The notes under the pieces are model-generated. The model worked only from the letters and a program-made list of their open reading frames with translations, searched no databases and was not told the DNA's origin. From the NCBI GenBank assembly GCA_000934665.2, contig JYFJ02003766.1, forward strand, positions 1-37,842: a stretch of 37,842 nucleotides of DNA. Reading direction: 5' to 3'. Origin of the DNA: Catajapyx aquilonaris (taxonomy: Eukaryota). The translations under genes and the position numbers were made by a program. This document shows positions 1 to 11,561 of the stretch, one piece after another; the stretch's first letter is position 1; every line of letters starts with the position of its first letter.

Positions 1-347
1 GAACACACTCCTGTACAGTAGTACACTACTTTGTACAGTACCCTACCAGTGTAGCATGAGAGGGCCTTTTTCAGTGCAACCCGCAAGGCTAAAAACCCGT
101 CAACCAGCTCCAAACCACTGCACTCTTACCTTGCATTTGCCGTGCCCACCAGGCTCAATTCGAACAAAAAGGGCGTGATGTCACGCCATACGGCCGTAAT
201 AAATAATTTGATTACTGCCGTATTTCTAATTGTTTTATAAAACCGACCAGGGTTGTCGCCACCTAAGATTTTTGCCCACCCCCTCGCGCGAGGTTGACCC
301 GTGACTCTGATACACCCTGTATACTTATGTATGAAAGGAAATAAATA

Positions 348-888
348 CAGGGTGATTCTCTCGAATGGAAACCCAAACATTCCTCAACAACTTTTTAACT
401 ATGGTATGATTCCCGATGAAAATGGACATGTACTTACCTTGTATCATGCCAAACAAGGTCTGACTAAAGAATGTACCAAAAGTGGTCCCCTCCAGCATAC
501 AAGAATTTTTAAATGCGAGTCTGTGTATTGCCAAAGACTCCTGCAGAATGGCCGGTGGGAATGGCTCAACTCCCGCCCGCCCGCTTGCTTGATGAGACGG
601 GATCGCAAGGCCACGGTCCCATTGGCTTGAGATACCCCTCTCGCCAAACAGACTGGCGGGTGGGAATGGATGTGATCGCCGCCTTCAATCGGCAGGAGTC
701 TTCAGCAATATGCAGACATTAATTAAAAAATTCTTGGATGCTGGAGGGGACCACTTTTGGTATATTCTTTAGTCAGACCTTGTCTGGCATGATACAAGGT
801 AAGTACATGTCCATTTTCATCGGGAACCATACCAGAGTTAAAAAGTTATTGAGGAATGTTTGGGTTTCCATTTGAGAGAATCACCCTG
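348..888. mobile_element. Tc1/mariner-type MITE with long TIRs
   Basis: TA|CAGGGTGATTCTCTC ... GAGAGAATCACCCTG|TA; arms complementary for >160 bp. Confidence 0.9.
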
Positions 889-894
889 TATATT

Positions 895-903
895 AATATT
901 ATA

Positions 904-944
<41 letters not shown>
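895..944. repeat. (ATT)n microsatellite
   Basis: Direct observation. Confidence 0.9.
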
Positions 945-999
945 GCGTATGGTGCCTTCAAAGTTTTGTGACTTCACATCCACGCTCGAGGACCTCTGA

Positions 1000-1317
1000 A
1001 GGCGCATTCACACAAGCGACCTTCGGCCAGGAAGTTTCCTGGCCAAAGGTCGCCAAGCCCGTTCACACGCTAGTGGCCAGGTTCGGCCAGGAAGGGAAGG
1101 TCGCCACCCGAGCCAGGAAAAGGTAGCGGAGCTGGCCATGCTCGGGAAGATGGCTAGCCATGGCCAGCGATGGTTGCCAAGAGTAGCGCATGCGCAGTAG
1201 CGGCACTCCCAAGCGCCTCCCGATTCTCACTTGTCCCCCAACAACTTCGCTCGTGTGATCTGTTACTTTCGATTCCTGGCCAGCCGCTGGCCAAGGGTCG
1301 CTCGTGTGAATGAGCCT
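1000..1317. mobile_element. PIF/Harbinger-type MITE
   Basis: TIR AGGCGCATTCACAC / GTGTGAATGAGCCT; 3-bp TSD TGA on both sides. Confidence 0.8.
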
Positions 1318-1374
1318 TGAATAATCCGGCCATGGTCCCCAAACTCATTGTCCATGTGCAATAGGTGATCAAAT

Positions 1375-1701
1375 GGGGGAGATGGAGTGGCGCCGCGGTA
1401 ACGTGTGCGCCCACGGATGTTAAGGTCCCGGGTTCGATCCCAGCCCAGGGACACCCCCTTCATCTCGTGCAGAGTGTGGGTCGTCTCTGGCTTCGTTTCT
1501 GGGTGGAATATCCAATAGACAAATCCACCCGGGGGAGTTCACAAAATGACCTCGTACAGCATTGCACTGCACCTTGCACATCCCCTCCTGTCATCCTGCC
1601 CGTGGGCCCGGGCGTTACGCATAAAGGCTCCAATGTACACATAAATAAAGGTCCGTGCTACATACCTCTGATGAGGTCAAGCCGGTCAAGCACTACCCCG
1701 G

Positions 1702-1755
<54 letters not shown>
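1375..1755 (+). mobile_element. tRNA-derived SINE, family A, full length
   Basis: A-box-like GTGGCGCCGCGGTA, B box GGTTCGATCCC, (ATT)n tail, 14-bp TSD ATAGGTGATCAAAT (1361-1374 and 1756-1769). Confidence 0.93.
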
Positions 1756-1758
<3 letters not shown>

Positions 1759-1954
1759 GGTGATCAAATCCCGTCTGAGTAACAATCCGGGTATGACACC
1801 CGTGCACTTTGTCGTTATCATCAATATTTGATGGATTCCAATAATCCCATGACATTCGCATTAATTTAAAAGTCTTCTCAACCCATGTTAACTAGTCTCT
1901 AACCCACTCCTTTGAATTAAATGTTCCTTGACGTACACAAACACCAGCCTAACC

Positions 1955-2251
1955 GAAGGGGGTAGTCACTCCTCAAAAAAGTGTACACCGGCTCTCCTGA
2001 ATTGCGGCTCTCCGGCTCTCCTCGGCTGTCTGCGGTATCGGTGAGCCAGTAAGACCATGGGTGAGCCGGTGTCTACTCACTGATGAGCATGTTGGTGAGC
2101 CGGGGTGGGCCAAGGAGGCTGCCGAAGGCACACTACGTCATATGATGAGGAATGGTGAGGAACAAAGGCACATCTTGCCCCGGCTCTCTGAGGCTCTCCG
2201 AGGCTCACCAGTAAGGGTGTACACTGGCTCTCCGAAGTGACTACCCCCTTG
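1955..2251. mobile_element. MITE with 8-bp TSD (P- or hAT-like)
   Basis: TIR AAGGGGGTAGTCACT / AGTGACTACCCCCTTG; TSD GCCTAACC on both sides. Confidence 0.8.
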
Positions 2252-2690
2252 GCCTAACCAGTCTCAATTCGTTGATTTTTTTTCCAAATGATATAAAAGC
2301 TTCAGCAACTTTTTGGCCAAAGCTACAATCAAAGGGGAACAACACCCTGGGTCCAAATATATAAAAATAATGATTTGAAATATTTCTGGGTAGCCAAAGA
2401 AAATATTTTATAATCATCAACTTTAAATATTATATGCTACATTTTACAGTATATTAATGTCCGATATGACAGTCGCCAGTGGTACTGAATGTAGAGGAGG
2501 GGAAAGGTACACTACCAGAGAGTTCCCCCATCCCATGAATTGTCTGATAAATTTCTTCCATCTCCAATAGGCACTATGAAGCACCTGTTGCACCAAAAGT
2601 CTTAGCACCAAGCAAAAAGGCTTTACATCAATGTTCATGAATCCAGAGCACGGTCTTAGAATAGGTCGGGACACTCGCCGCCTTCTTGCA

Positions 2691-2879
2691 TGCCGTTATC
2701 CCTTCCCGTATTGGTGAGTATATCTGCAATGGAATCACGCTGTGGAACTCGCTGCATAGTTAATGCATTAATGTGTTAATGCCTAGTTCTACCGTCCTGG
2801 TTGCTGTCGTTATGGCACAGCTAGTTCCACAGATTCCATTGCAGATATACTAGCACCAATGCGGGAAGAGATAACGGCA
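2691..2879. repeat. Foldback inverted repeat, probable MITE remnant
   Basis: ~60-bp imperfect arms TGCCGTTATC...TGTGGAACT / AGTTCCACA...GATAACGGCA. Confidence 0.7.
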
Positions 2880-3038
2880 CAGCTTTTTTTATTGGCCAGG
2901 GATAGAAGTGTCTGGGGCCTGATCCAGAGAATAGCAGTGACATCACAGCCTTTACTTGTTAATTCCATTGTAGAAATTGTTTATCACTGCTATTCTTTGG
3001 CTGCATGATCAGTATTCATTACGGTGTGCAAACAGGTA

Positions 3039-3340
3039 GTGGATTTATCTGGCTTCAAAATCGGTCAACTTGTGATGGCCAGATGACTTGGCCAGAGTAT
3101 CTCGGAAATAGCAAGGCTAGTGGGCTGTTCCCGCTTATCACTTGTATACAACAAAGTTGGCGCAAAAATGGCAAGGCAAATAACCTTCAGCAATGTATGG
3201 GCCAGTCACAATGCATTGATGCAACAGGTCAGTGTAGACTGCATCCTGTTGCATGAAGCAACAGGTGCAGTACTGTGGCACAAAACATTCCGGTTTCAAT
3301 ATAATGGTGATGATGTTAGTGATCTCGTAAAATCAATGCC
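3039..3340 (+). pseudogene. Degenerate Tc1-like transposase N-terminus
   Basis: Reads VDLSGFKIGQLVMAR*LGQSISEIARLVGCSR, then after a frameshift CIDATGQCRLHPVA*SNRCSTVAQ; resembles the paired-like HTH region of Tc1 transposases. Confidence 0.75.
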
Positions 3341-4981
3341 TTGCTGGATTGAGACTTTTTGAAGGTGATAGGTGAATGAACATCATATTACGGAGGTATG
3401 CGGTCACAATGTTTTGTTTGATAAATGCAAATTTAGAAAATATCCAACTACGTATTACAGATATTTGACAAAATTGGTGATTTTTCTTTCAATATGCCTT
3501 CGTACAACTGGGCCTAAGTGTTACTTTCTTTGTCTCTCACAAAATATAATTTTGGTGAATTTTCCCCGAGAACTATCGCCATTGATTACTAGGCTGCCAT
3601 TGCTACTAATAAAATTGCATTGTTACAACTGGGGTCAGCTCAACAATGATGGGTGCAATCGCGAATAAACCTACCATGCTGTTAGGCCTGGCGTCGCGAT
3701 CGGGCCATGTGGCCGATATTACAATCCCAAATACCTTAGAAATACTTAAAACCTCAAAAACTGCTGTTATATGTGGAGTACAACACATGCAGATGTAATC
3801 AAGTGAGACCTACCCCAATGCCACAGGATTGGTGCTAATACGGAAGAAAGCTGGAGAGACGTCTTCCAAGCAGCGATGAGTCAAGCGAGGATCTGCATGC
3901 TGCTTGCTGGCTTCTGCTGCGCGCGGTTGTCAGGTGTACTATTGAGAACACTGCTAGAATGTTGCAGGCATACCAACGTTTTCCACATTGCAGTAACACT
4001 ACTAATACACCGCTTGAAGGCGTGACGGGTAGAGAGCGGTAGAGAGGGTAGCATGCTGGAGGGTAGAGCAGCCGGAGGGGCTGGGGCTGGGCTGGAGGAT
4101 TGGAGAATGAATATATTTTTTGTAACAAAATCACGAACAAAATGTACTTACAGATGAGGTTCTGTGTAATAATTTTTAATTTAAAATTAAAACCTGTACT
4201 GCCTGTATTCCAGTAGTTGGTAACACTCACAGTGCAGTGCCACACACGTGCCGCTGCGTGCCGCTGCCACACACCTCTCATCCCTAGATCTTGACTAGAT
4301 CGCTGAGACTGTCAACTCTGTCAACATTTGGGCGCGCTGTTAAAAACTGGGTGCACCCAGCTCCCGCTACAGCAATTAAATGATTTCTTGATTGAGTTTT
4401 TTGTAGATTTTGTTAATTAAACTGTCTTACAACAGCCCAACTGTTTCATCATCTAACATCGCATTATAATGAACAATACCAATGCTAAATAAGGTAGCCT
4501 ACGGTGCAGTTGTTCTCACAAGTGCATTTTATTGCCATTGCCATTGCTATTTCCAGCAGGCTCTTATATACTCCTTGACATGGGGTGAGAAAATCGCATT
4601 TGTTGTTGCTATCTGGTCTGCACGATACAAACAGCTGTAATGACAATGTTATATAAATTACTTCCGAGGCAGAACTGTACTGTTAATTATAAGTAATTAT
4701 AATTTAAGTGTCAGACAGTGGTGATGTCGAACGTGCAGTGTGAGTGGCTGTATTTGTCCCTTGGCGTCATCTGATTGGCTTGTAATCTTCACGCACTCCG
4801 ATGTGGCAATGCGGCAATGCAATGACTATAGATCCTGTAGAGTAGACTGTAGAGAGGCAGGGTCCCCAACATGGGTGGGGGTGGCACCTTTGCATTGCAG
4901 GGGACCCTGTAGAGAGAAGGGGGCAAAGATCCGATTCATCAGTGTGTGGAGGAAAGCTTAGTCCTGTCTTGGAATCCGATC

Positions 4982-5073
4982 ATGAACCAAATCAAGAATT
5001 GGATCAAGTCCTGGGGCAAAGTAGTCTTCGAGGAATGTGGTGCAGAAGAGGAAGATGCGGGAGATATCCCCAG
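4982..5073 (+). CDS. Putative first coding exon of SOCS-box gene (MNQIKNWIKSWGKVVFEECGAEEEDAGDIP-R)
   Basis: ATG with an in-frame upstream stop. The exon ends CCCAG|GTGATA in phase 2 and joins G9151 to form AGG (Arg). Confidence 0.55.
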
Positions 5074-5097
5074 GTGATACACACTGTGGGCCCCATC

Positions 5098-5561
5098 CAG
5101 TGGCGTAGGCAGGGGGGGGGGGGNGGGGGGGGGGGGGGTTCCAATCTGCAATTTGAAGGTGTTAACCCTGGAACCGTGCCGTGGGGTCTTTTCTGACCCC
5201 ACGCCATATTTTAATTTTTATTAATTTTTATATAAGACTTTTCAATGTATTTACTACATACAATCATTCTTTGAACAATGCCTAAAATGATCACTAATTC
5301 AAAATAAACATGCACTTCCTGTTATATACTTTTTTTAAATGGCAAACAGTTCATTGTAATTTAAATTTTAATGCATTTTAATTCCTTTGGGGTCCGAAAA
5401 GACCCCATGGCATGGTTCCAGGGTTAAAACGCACATGCGCAAATATTGTAGCTTGTGTGAGCTTGAACAGCATTTAAAAAATTTCGCCTGCGGCGGGCCT
5501 CTTCGTTCTTCCCTCGCATAACCCCTCCCCGCCCCTTGCAAATTTCCTGGCTACGTCACTG
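5098..5561. mobile_element. hAT-type MITE carrying a nested piggyBac MITE
   Basis: CAGTGGCGTAG ... CTACGTCACTG; 8-bp TSD GCCCCATC on both sides. Confidence 0.88.
5166..5423. mobile_element. piggyBac-type MITE
   Basis: TTAA|CCCTGGAACC...GGTTCCAGGG|TTAA. A partial inverted copy lies at ~13030-13150. Confidence 0.9.
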
Positions 5562-5708
5562 GCCCCATCAGATAATTTGGAACACTTGTGTTGCAGTAGT
5601 AAAGAGACATGACTGCTGGAACTCACTGACAATATCATGTCGTGTACCTAAGTCTGCACGACTCTCGTGACTGAATGGAACAGTACCGATTGCATGCGCG
5701 GTAATAAG

Positions 5709-7397
5709 GGTGCAGTTTAGTGCCGCAAAAGTCTTGCAGGTTTCTATATATTTTCTGAATCTACTCGATGAGCTGAGTCGAATGACACTATTCCTAGTGT
5801 GCCGAAATGCTTGGTGCAAGAGTAATTGAATTTTGAAATTGCAAGTAATATCGCTTCTCGGCTCAATGAGCTAAGATCAAATGTGTAAATTGCAAGTAAT
5901 AACAATGAATAAATGAAAACAAACAAGTGTTCCTTTGTTGGAAAAGTTTACTCCCATTGTTGAGTGAATGAATATCCATGGTAATTTTAAACCTAATTCG
6001 GGGGTTGTGTGTTCGCAGAATTACTGTCCGCCTTGTGGCGGCGTAGATGTGGGTGTTGCGTGATGTGGGTGTGGCAAAGCCACAATGACATTCGTTGGCC
6101 TGCGGCGCCACAAGATGGACAGCACTGGTGCGGTCGCTCCAACGCCTCACAAATAACACCAACACAATCGGAGTGGGGCATGCCTTGAGTAATTTAAAAA
6201 GCTTAGGATTCGTTTTACGGCAGCACTTGTTGGCAGGCAAGATGCCTCGAGCAGTGGCCCAAGAGATACCAACCTCCCTCCTTACTTTCAGGAAGGCTTG
6301 CCCAATTCCAGATACGCACCGATGCAATGCCTCGGCCATGAATGCTCCTGAATGATGTTAAATTAAACACCTACACTCTCGTTCTATGTCCAACGAACCA
6401 AGAACAACCGTTTATTCACATCATTCAGCATCCCTCACAGCACATTGCCATGGAATCTCTCACGTTTCCACGGAGAATCACCTCACGCAACAATGGGAGT
6501 GAACAGTCTCAACAAAGGAATACGTGTTTACTTTCATTTTATTCATTGTTATAACTTGCAATTTCAAAATTGAATTACTCTTGAACCAAGCATTTCAGCA
6601 CTCTAGGAATAGTGTCATTCGACTCAGCTCGTAGAGTAGATTTTAAAAATATACAGTGAAACCTGCCCATAACGGACCCTGGATATTGCGGAAACCTATC
6701 CATTACGGAATTTTTTCCGGGAACGGGCACATGCATAGGGCATGCAATGTATTTTTTGACGGATATACGGAACCTGCCCCACGCGGAAACGGAAGGGATT
6801 TTTGGCTCCCTTCACAGAAAATCCCTGTTCATAACGGAAATCAAAAGGCTCACATTATCTCCTATGGGTCACCAAAATAGAAACTACGGCTGAGTTCCCT
6901 ATCGGCCCTCCCAGGAGGCCCCTTTTTGGACCGTCCGTGTGTTTCATCATTGCTACTGGCCCGTGGCCTTGAAGATGAAGGGTGAGGAAACGGGCCTATT
7001 TTTGGTTGGGGAACTCGAAAAACCGCTTGTGCCAAGATGTGACTCATGTGATTCGTAGGTGCCTGGTAGGTGCATTTTAGTTCATCAGTCCAGTTTTAAA
7101 ATGTCGGGGAAGAGGAAGCGTTTTACATGGGTTCAGCATATTTCCCGAGTCTGGGCTGATGGCCCAATGGACCAGGCAAAATTATTATGATTTTGCACCA
7201 TATTGATGTAAGGTGCTTATTTTTACTTTCCCCATTATCCTCTCTTTCTCACGGCCAAAAAAAATAATTCGTAATGTCCTTGATCTGGTTATAGCGGAAA
7301 CCTGTCCGTTACTGTTTTCGGGGTCCCGTGCGATTCCACTATACACAGGTTTCACTGTATATAAACCGGCAAGACTTTTGCGGCACTCAACTGCACC
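5709..7397. mobile_element. Long-TIR non-autonomous DNA transposon, superfamily unclear
   Basis: ~270-bp arms (5709-5980 versus 6470-6653 plus 7358-7397); the right arm is split by a Tc1-type MITE. Confidence 0.75.
6654..7357. mobile_element. Tc1/pogo-type MITE (CAGTGAAACCTG family)
   Basis: TA|CAGTGAAACCTG ... CAGGTTTCACTG|TA; relatives at 36624-37526. Confidence 0.88.
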
Positions 7398-7492
7398 GAA
7401 GCCGCATGTGCTAACACAGCAGCAGTTTTCTGCCACCTTTAGAGACATTAAGCCAACTACTTCCTTATGTAAATAAGCGCTGACTCCTTAGC

Positions 7493-8094
7493 TATAGGCA
7501 GCCCGCCCTTACTTTGACCATACGTCATCGTTTTGTTTACCGACTCCTAGTCAACTGAAATCTGCCAAACACACCCCTGGAACCAAAGAGTTCTGCTATT
7601 ATATAATATAATACCTAGAGGAGGTACTCCCTATCCTTTTCCATTAGACAGGCTGAGGCAGCGGCCATCTTGTTGGAGGTCATATTGTTGTTCTAACAGT
7701 TGTCTAGCAACTGGGACAACAACCAATAATGACAACTGGGACGACAATTAGTTCAACAATGTCAGGCGTCCGCCATCTTGTTGGAGGTCATATTGTTGCC
7801 TGCATTGTTGCCTGCCTCACATTTCAGGCCGAGTGCCTCCTCTAGGTGTATATATAATATAGCAGAACTCTTTGCCTGGAACCTCCCACTTTTCAAGTTT
7901 CCATGGAGATGCCCTCACACAACAATTGCAGTAAACAATGCCAACAAAAAGAACAGTTTGCTCCAATTGTTGTGTGAGGGCATCTCCATGGAAATTTGAA
8001 AAGTGGGAGGTTCCAGGGCAGGGGTGTGTTTGGCAGATTTCCATTGACTAGGAGTCAGTATACAAAATGATGATGTTAGGGCGAGCCGTCTATA
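7493..8094. mobile_element. Foldback element interrupted by a P-like MITE
   Basis: Arms GACTCCTAGTCAA..AATCTGCCAAACACACCCCT / AGGGGTGTGTTTGGCAGATTT..TTGACTAGGAGTC, plus an inner palindrome at ~7875-8015. Confidence 0.75.
7584..7874. mobile_element. P-superfamily-like MITE
   Basis: CAAAGAGTTCTGCTAT ... ATAGCAGAACTCTTTG; 8-bp TSD CCTGGAAC. Confidence 0.82.
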
Positions 8095-8256
8095 CATGTG
8101 AGCGATATGATCAGCGAAGTTGTGGCGATGTCATCGCCAAGCAATGAGACTAATTCTTTGGGTCGAAAATATATTGTTACCATGATTGTTAATTTCGCTC
8201 CGCGATGACATCGCTGCAACTTCACTGATCAAATCGCTCACATGTAAACACGGCTT
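8084..8256. mobile_element. Harbinger-like MITE
   Basis: ~45-bp arms ACATGTGAGCGAT...GATGTCATCGC; right end CATGTAAACACGGCT|TAA. Confidence 0.65.
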
Positions 8257-8291
8257 AATGCAAGCATGCAAAGTCATGTGATTGATATTTA

Positions 8292-8487
8292 CAGGGTGAC
8301 CAAAGTCTGGACCACTGTCTGGACACATAGGTAGTTAAATTTTAATGATGGATGCCAGTTGTGACAACTGGAGTAGGTTGACAGAATTATCAAGGGTGAG
8401 TAATGTTCTTGGAGGAACAGGTGTTGGCACAACTGGCAACCAACAATAAAATAAAATTATCTGTGTCCAGACTTTTGGGTCACCCTG
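8292..8487. mobile_element. Tc1/mariner-type MITE
   Basis: TA|CAGGGTGACC ... GGTCACCCTG|TA. Confidence 0.8.
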
Positions 8488-9150
8488 TAGACTGAATTGT
8501 TCCTGACAGAATGATTGAAAAGTGGAATTAAGTTTTTTTTTTTTCGATCGTCTGATGAGTTGTGAAAATATGGGATTGCAATTTTTGGTTTGAAATGGCC
8601 AGATCAGATGCTAGGACCTTTCCACACTACTGTTCTGTAATTTGTTAACGTTACATGATGTCCGATTTCTGCAGTCACTTGTTGTTCAGTCAATGTAAAT
8701 GTTTATGAATTTGGCATAATGATGTGAATTTATTTTTCCAAATGAAATGTCCTGTTTGAGGTGTTGCCCTGGTGTTGCCTTTCATGCAACCAGCCTTATT
8801 TCAAAATCGATGAACTGATTAAGATGGAATAACATGCAAAGTGATAAAAATTGGATATTGCAGAAGACCACTGCGTAAAAATTAACATGCAAATTTTGAA
8901 AGGTTCATATGAGGCAAAAACCTGCGGTCATTTGAAAAGCCAATGACATGGCTTTCACTACCAGATTTTCACAACTCAGAGATCAAAATAGTAAAAACGG
9001 TAGTTTGGGTTTTTGTATCTAGTATTGTTAGGAACAACTTACACTTTTAAGTTATTGCAGTACACAACTACAGGTATTTCACAACACATCCATGGTGTCT
9101 TGACACACCTGAATTATCTTTTGGATCACATAATTCACATTATTTTATAG

Positions 9151-9446
9151 GGAAAACATCAACGATGGAGATTCTCCCGATAACCGAAGCGATCCCAGTA
9201 CTGAGAGCCGGGCATACATTAGTGGAAAGGAGAGGGAGCAGTTGAGTGAAGAAGTGGATTCTTGTACTGTTCGAGATTCTACAATTGATGAAGCCAAAGG
9301 TAATTCATCAGGTGAAGGTGATGATTATAAATGGAGGGCATATGACGACGATGACGACGAACCGTGGTTTGGTGGCGACAACAGTCAGTGTTACAAGTTC
9401 CTCGAAGTTTGCAACATCTTCAACCCAAGTGATGATGTGCACATGT
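9151..9446 (+). CDS. Internal acidic exon of SOCS-box gene (ENINDGDSPDNRS...DDDDDEPWFGGDNSQCYKFLEVCNIFNPSDDVHM)
   Basis: ttttatAG acceptor, GTAAGT donor, 296 nt open; phases 2/1 fit both neighbouring exons. Confidence 0.75.
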
Positions 9447-9762
9447 GTAAGTTAGTTGTACCATATTATTTGTAAGGGTGTTTTCTCTGCACTATGTTTG
9501 GGGGGGGGGGGGGGGGGGANGGGGAATATGTTTCATACTTGAAGAATTGAGCAGTCAGGCATTTGGCATAGAGATGTGTCACATACATTGCACAGGGAAG
9601 CTCCCTTCTATTGTAAACAAGTGCCTATACTGCTTTTTCTTCCTGTGATCACTCCAGGCCAGTTGAAGGGCCATGTGACTTCACCTCCATACCCTAACTC
9701 TAGTTCACTCCATTCCGATTGCCTCATTATTGTGAGGAGTGAAGAAAATATTACGCATTATA

Positions 9763-9927
9763 CAATAAAACCTTGATATAACACTCTTCAAGAGACCGCT
9801 CAAAAGTAGCGGGATAGCCTTATATGTGGGAAAATTTACCTTATGGAAATGATCAAGGGACAGCGAAAAAGGGGCTTTAAATGCGGGAAAGCATTATACG
9901 TGGGAGCTCTATATCGAGGTTTTACTG
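9763..9927. mobile_element. pogo/Tigger-type MITE
   Basis: TA|CAATAAAACCTTGATATA ... TATATCGAGGTTTTACTG|TA. Confidence 0.78.
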
Positions 9928-10037
9928 TATTATTCCATAATCCAATGGACTCAGAACCCTTCCTACAATGTTGCCACAACTGAGCTTCTTCAGGGGTAGG
10001 AATTATGCCTGTTGCTCCTGATGCTGCAGTTGTTCAA

Positions 10038-10355
10038 GGGGGAGGTGCAGTGGCCGAGATGGTAACGTCTTGGCTTGCTGAGTGAAAGGTCCCAGGTTCG
10101 ATCCCCGCCTGGGAGTTTCCTTTCCCCTGCGTCAGGAGGGTCTCTGAGGGCCTTGGAGGTGTTTGGCAACCTTGGGGAACAGCACATGGCCCAATGTTTA
10201 AGACATTGCACTTACACCTATGTTCCCTCCCCAAAAATCCCAATCCTTACCCAATATCCTTGCAGTTAACCAGGGAAATTGGAAGAAAAATGGTGGTGTA
10301 CCACCCACCTATAGAACCCGTAAGGGTCATCACGGGGTACAATAAATAAATAAAT
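10038..10355 (+). mobile_element. tRNA-derived SINE, family B
   Basis: A box GTGGCCGAGATGGT, B box GGTTCGATCCC, (AAAT)n tail; body differs from family A. Confidence 0.85.
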
Positions 10356-10662
10356 TTAAAAAAATATTATGTTAAAGACGCCTGCAAATATAATCTGCTT
10401 TATTTTTTTTCTTTCTTACATGCAAGTTTGGGAAGCGATTTGAAGACTGCAATCGACAGAAAATGTGATGTATATTCAGTCTTACTTCTTTGACTGTGAT
10501 GACAGTACAGCAGAGCATCGATTATCCGAAACAATTGGGGACTCAGGGTGTTCGGATAACTGATTTTTTCGGATAACCGATACGGAAAAAATTTGTACCG
10601 GTGTCATAGGGGCAATATGAAACAAAGAAACAGTGATATTAAACACAAAACTGTAGGCTATA

Positions 10663-11206
10663 CAGGGTGGACAAACTTCAAGTGTCGTTTTATAACGGCT
10701 GTTAATAGAAGCGCTTTACGATTGACGTAGAAGCGCCGTGTAAAATGGCCCACTTCGGCGCCATCGAAAAGATTAGCTGCCAATAGCAGCACACATGTAA
10801 TGAACCCTGTGCAACCACATGCGGCACCAATGCCATTCCGGCAGTCCTTAAAGAAGGCTGCCTCGCCTGCGCAACACGCAGTGTAAAACAGGGCACTTGC
10901 GGTGCCCCCTAACCACCAACCAAGCAATGCCCAAACCAGCATTCGATCAGCAAGACTGCAGGCTTCCCCCTTGCATTACAGGTCCATCTGGTGCCTTGGA
11001 CGTCACCCATTTCACCCAGGTCATGTGTGCACCTCCTTTTTTCCAGGTCAACCCAGCAGCAGGGTTGATGACATGTGTGCTGCTATTGGCAGCTAATATT
11101 TTCGATGGCGCCGAAGTGGGACATTTTACACGTCGCTGCTACGTCATCGCAAAATCACTGCTATTAATCGCCGTTATAAAACGACACTTGAAGTTGGTCC
11201 ACCCTG
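10663..11206. mobile_element. Tc1/mariner-type MITE with ~135-bp TIRs
   Basis: TA|CAGGGTGGACAAACTTCAAGTGTCG ... CGACACTTGAAGTTGGTCCACCCTG|TA. Confidence 0.9.
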
Positions 11207-11561
11207 TATTTTGTATCACACGTCTTAACCCTTTGGGGCCTACGATCGTCATATATGACGATCTACGGGCTTTTGAACTGGGTGCGCTAGAGTTTAGACA
11301 GAAATGGTGCAGTTTGAGGCTCAAACTGTTGCTAGCACCTCGTGGAAGGGGGCTCAACTACCATGGCGTATGCTAATCAGTTTTTCCGCCTCAGAGTGAG
11401 TTAAAAATACCCCCTCCTGCAGCGTCAGAACAGGGTGTCCCGTAAGTCTGGACTCTTAGGAATTTCTCATAGTACAGTGTTTTAGTACAATATTATTTTG
11501 AACCATATAGTAACAATTTTATAATGACTTAAAATTTAAATAAATTTAATTGCACTTTTAA

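Noticed and set aside
1375..1450. tRNA gene-like sequences (also ~10038-10110 and ~20180-20241)
   Set aside because: These are SINE heads followed by a body and tail, not stand-alone tRNAs.
1365..1763. 132-aa ORF ending in poly-Tyr (also 19875-20069)
   Set aside because: Translation of a SINE and its (ATT)n tail.
5112..5138. Poly-G/C tracts containing N (also ~9500-9525 and ~24918-24939)
   Set aside because: Homopolymer assembly ambiguity; lengths are unreliable.
10658..11376. ORFs sharing CVLLLAAN.FDGAEVGHFTRR on both strands (similar mirror ORFs at 301-630, 22482-23113 and 29961-31516)
   Set aside because: Mirror translations of TIR arms, not proteins.
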